From NCBI GenBank assembly GCA_044892525.1, contig CM097885.1:218674001-218738000 (forward strand): a stretch of 64,000 nucleotides of DNA, in the 5' to 3' direction. The DNA is from Schmidtea polychroa (taxonomy: Eukaryota). The notes under the pieces were generated by a model that worked only from the letters and a program-made list of their open reading frames with translations, made no database searches and was not told the DNA's origin. Positions within the stretch are counted from its first letter, which is position 1. Every line of letters starts with the position of its first letter. The position numbers were made by a program, and so were the translations under genes. Positions 61,263-64,000 of this stretch are shown here, piece after piece.

Positions 61263-61410
61263 AAGTATGGAACCAGCAACTGAAACGACTTTTATTTCAT
61301 GGCTAATATCATATTCGAGATTTTGAAATACAAAATTATATTTTTCATTTTTGTGAAATGCAGCCGAATCAGCAGTAATATCAGTGTGCCAGACATCGTC
61401 CATGAAAATT
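61263..61410 (-). CDS. host multi-FN3 gene exon (most 5' exon found)
   Basis: IFMDDVW...YNFVFQNLEYDISHEIKVVSVAG; 48-bp intron to the next exon. Confidence 0.8.
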
Positions 61411-62869
61411 CTATAAACGTTGAATAAAATATTAGAAATAATGACAAAATTTAAATATTATAAGATTTAATAAATTTAATAAAAGATTTTCTTGAATTTC
61501 ATGAATTTCCTTGCAAAAAATTAGTATGTTTATAACTTTAAATTAGACCCGGCGCTAGGAAATTAGACAGTGTATGAAAATTTCATAATGCTACCTTTCC
61601 AAGAAATAGTAAATTATTAGTATTTATTTATCTACAAAGTAATAAAAAGTTCTTATACTAAGACCTTGATAGTGAACACAAATACATTGGATTCAGAACA
61701 CATATATTAATCATTTTTATATATTTTTGCAATTGAAACCTGTTTTACACTTTTCTACACTTTTCTCAATATTGATTCCATTTATAAATAATTTTTTTCG
61801 TTTTAATATCCTATGATTTTGATTTTATTCCATTTTTACTTATTATAGCTTTGTAATGGGCCCATCAATGACAGTGTCATATCTAATATTAAACAAAAAA
61901 ATTCTCAAAAGCCGTACTTCATTGAATATTTAAATTAGAGGTGGCTTTTAATTTTTAATATTGCTGACACATCTAAACCAGAGAAACATCACAATCTCCA
62001 AAACTTATAGGTATTAGAATTTTCGATAATATTTATGACTGTGGGCAGCGTCAGAATCCATGAAAGGAATAAAAAAGGAAAAATGAAATTTGACTAAAGC
62101 TCTATTAAAATGAAAAGTTTTCTGCTACAAGTTCTGATATTCAATTATAAGGTGATAAAAAATGATTAAAACTGAAATTTCATTGTTTAATTATTATTAG
62201 TTTCTGAAGAACTGATCTCCATAGTTTACAACAAATATAGCGTGATATTATTCTTCGAATGTATCTTTCTGGATTACTATACCACATTAGGTTATTTTTG
62301 GTAGGGTGAATTTCGTATAATAGAACTTGTACATTTTATGCCCTTCCAACTAATATTTTGATTTCAATAAACTCATCAGTAGGGTTATGATTTTGAAATA
62401 TTTTTTTTCAAAACATTATCATGTGCTTTCAGTAGATGGACATTTGTGTAAATCATTCATTTTTGAGGTTTTTAATTTAAAAATTATAAAAACGGTCGCG
62501 CACTCTTTTGTTTCTAATATGCAGACCAGGACATAAATGTAGCATTAATATTTATATTTTCTATTCTCTAATTTTTATTCATATACATTGTAATATACAT
62601 GTAAAAAATAATTAAGTATATTCATGAAATAGTCTTTAGTTTATTTATACTTTCAAATATAATTAATCATTTTCAAATACGTAATAGGGTATTACATGAT
62701 TTGTTAATATTTATCGTCGTTTGTTATATGTAATTTAGGATTTATAATGTTATCTAAGTTAGAAAAACAGGTTGCCGATGACGATTCAGATATATGGAAA
62801 CATAATTGAAAGAATAAAATCACAAGACGTTCAGAAATACCTTTACGATTAACAGAATTAACGGAACTT

Positions 62870-63610
62870 TGCAAAATGCTTGTAACGAGTAACATTATTG
62901 GAGGTTACTTGGGATTGTATCAATCCATTAGAGAAAGGAAGGTGAGGATAAGCAAAATTAAAGAAGAAATGATATGTCATTGGATGAAATTTAATTTTCC
63001 CGTTATATCAAAACAACGTGTTTCCGCTAAAATAAGTAATTCGATCGATTTTCGTCTTTATTATCGTAAGAAAAGAAATTAAAAATTGAGAAGGATTTGG
63101 TTGGTGTTTTTGACATTACAAAAGAAAAAGGGTATTGGTTGAGTTTAGAAGACAAACAGCTGCATTTAACAATGGTTGAAAAACCCTGGATTGAGAGATG
63201 ATTTTAAATTTTTGTTTGAGCTATATGAGACATACAAATAATACAAGAGTTCTGACAAATTTCCTATCATCACGTGACGATTCATATCATCAATCAATTC
63301 ATAATGCCAGATGGAACTCTCGAGCAACGTTTGCTATAATTACCGATCTTTGTCATTTCTTAGTCACAGTATGGGCAGCAGCATGGTTCTCCGATCATTT
63401 TAATAACAATGTTTATGACAAACTCCTTCTTGGTTTCTCTAAATTCCGATACTAGAAGGCAAATAAATGCTTCACAAAACATTGGTTATTGATGTTCCCC
63501 ATTCCAATGTTGTGGCTGAAAGAGCAGTGAAGATGATGGAAGATCTTTCGAGAAAATGGAAAAATGACAAATACCTAAACCTCGGATTTGTAAATAAAAA
63601 TTTAGACTTA
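62870..63610 (+). pseudogene. highly decayed, internally deleted hAT-like transposase relic
   Basis: WMKFNFPVISKQRVSAKI (N-terminal part) and HSNVVAERAVKMMED (C-terminal motif). Confidence 0.5.
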
Positions 63611-64000
63611 TAAACATTGTAATTAATTAATGTTTGAATTTTTGAATATAATTGAATTTGTGACTATATGTTTTAAGTGTGGTACACGACAATTTTGAAT
63701 ATTTATCACTAAAAAAAGTCATATATGCAATTTCTATAAAAATGTTCATCTTATGCTGCCACAGACTTCTCTTTTCAAAAAAATCAAAACCCTACTCATC
63801 AGCTTAAAAATAAAAACAAATTCGCCCATAATTAGACAAAGTTGTTTGAGACATTTATTGCACAATGATAAATAATGGAAACTATGGATCTATTGAACAG
63901 TCATACAAATTAAAAAGAATTTTCGAAAAACAGAAAGCCTTAAATGAATTAATAAAATATAATTATAAATTTAATGTAAATTCTATGTATATTCATCATT

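Noticed and set aside
12424-61410. Naming the host gene (RIM-binding protein, usherin, receptor phosphatase)
   Set aside because: Only FN3 repeats are visible; diagnostic domains are absent from the window.

Overview
AT-rich animal genomic DNA. The 45-48 bp mini-introns and TE content are compatible with a triclad flatworm, but the taxon cannot be proven from the sequence. A minus-strand host gene for a multi-fibronectin-type-III (FN3) protein is spread over at least 14 exons from about 61.4 kb to 12.4 kb. Its large introns and the region downstream hold DNA transposons (hAT, pogo/Tigger, mariner, piggyBac, mostly deleted or decayed, plus one intact autonomous hAT), a Penelope-like relic, a Maverick/adintovirus-type PolB relic and solo LTRs. 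The centrepiece is a very young, full-length 16.4-kb Ty3/gypsy provirus (27593-43976, minus strand, 4-bp TSD, near-identical LTRs, tRNA-Trp PBS) with an unusual architecture. One long polyprotein reads Gag (4 CCHC) - tandem unknown domain - Bcl-2-like domain - signal peptide - chuvirus/mononegavirus-like fusion glycoprotein - TM - protease - RT - RNase H - integrase - second signal peptide - second type-I glycoprotein, interrupted only by a 1-nt slip in a homopolymer. A separate downstream ORF, preceded by a splice acceptor, encodes an ISG20/REX4-like DEDDh exonuclease. All domain calls are by-eye motif recognition; no searches were run.
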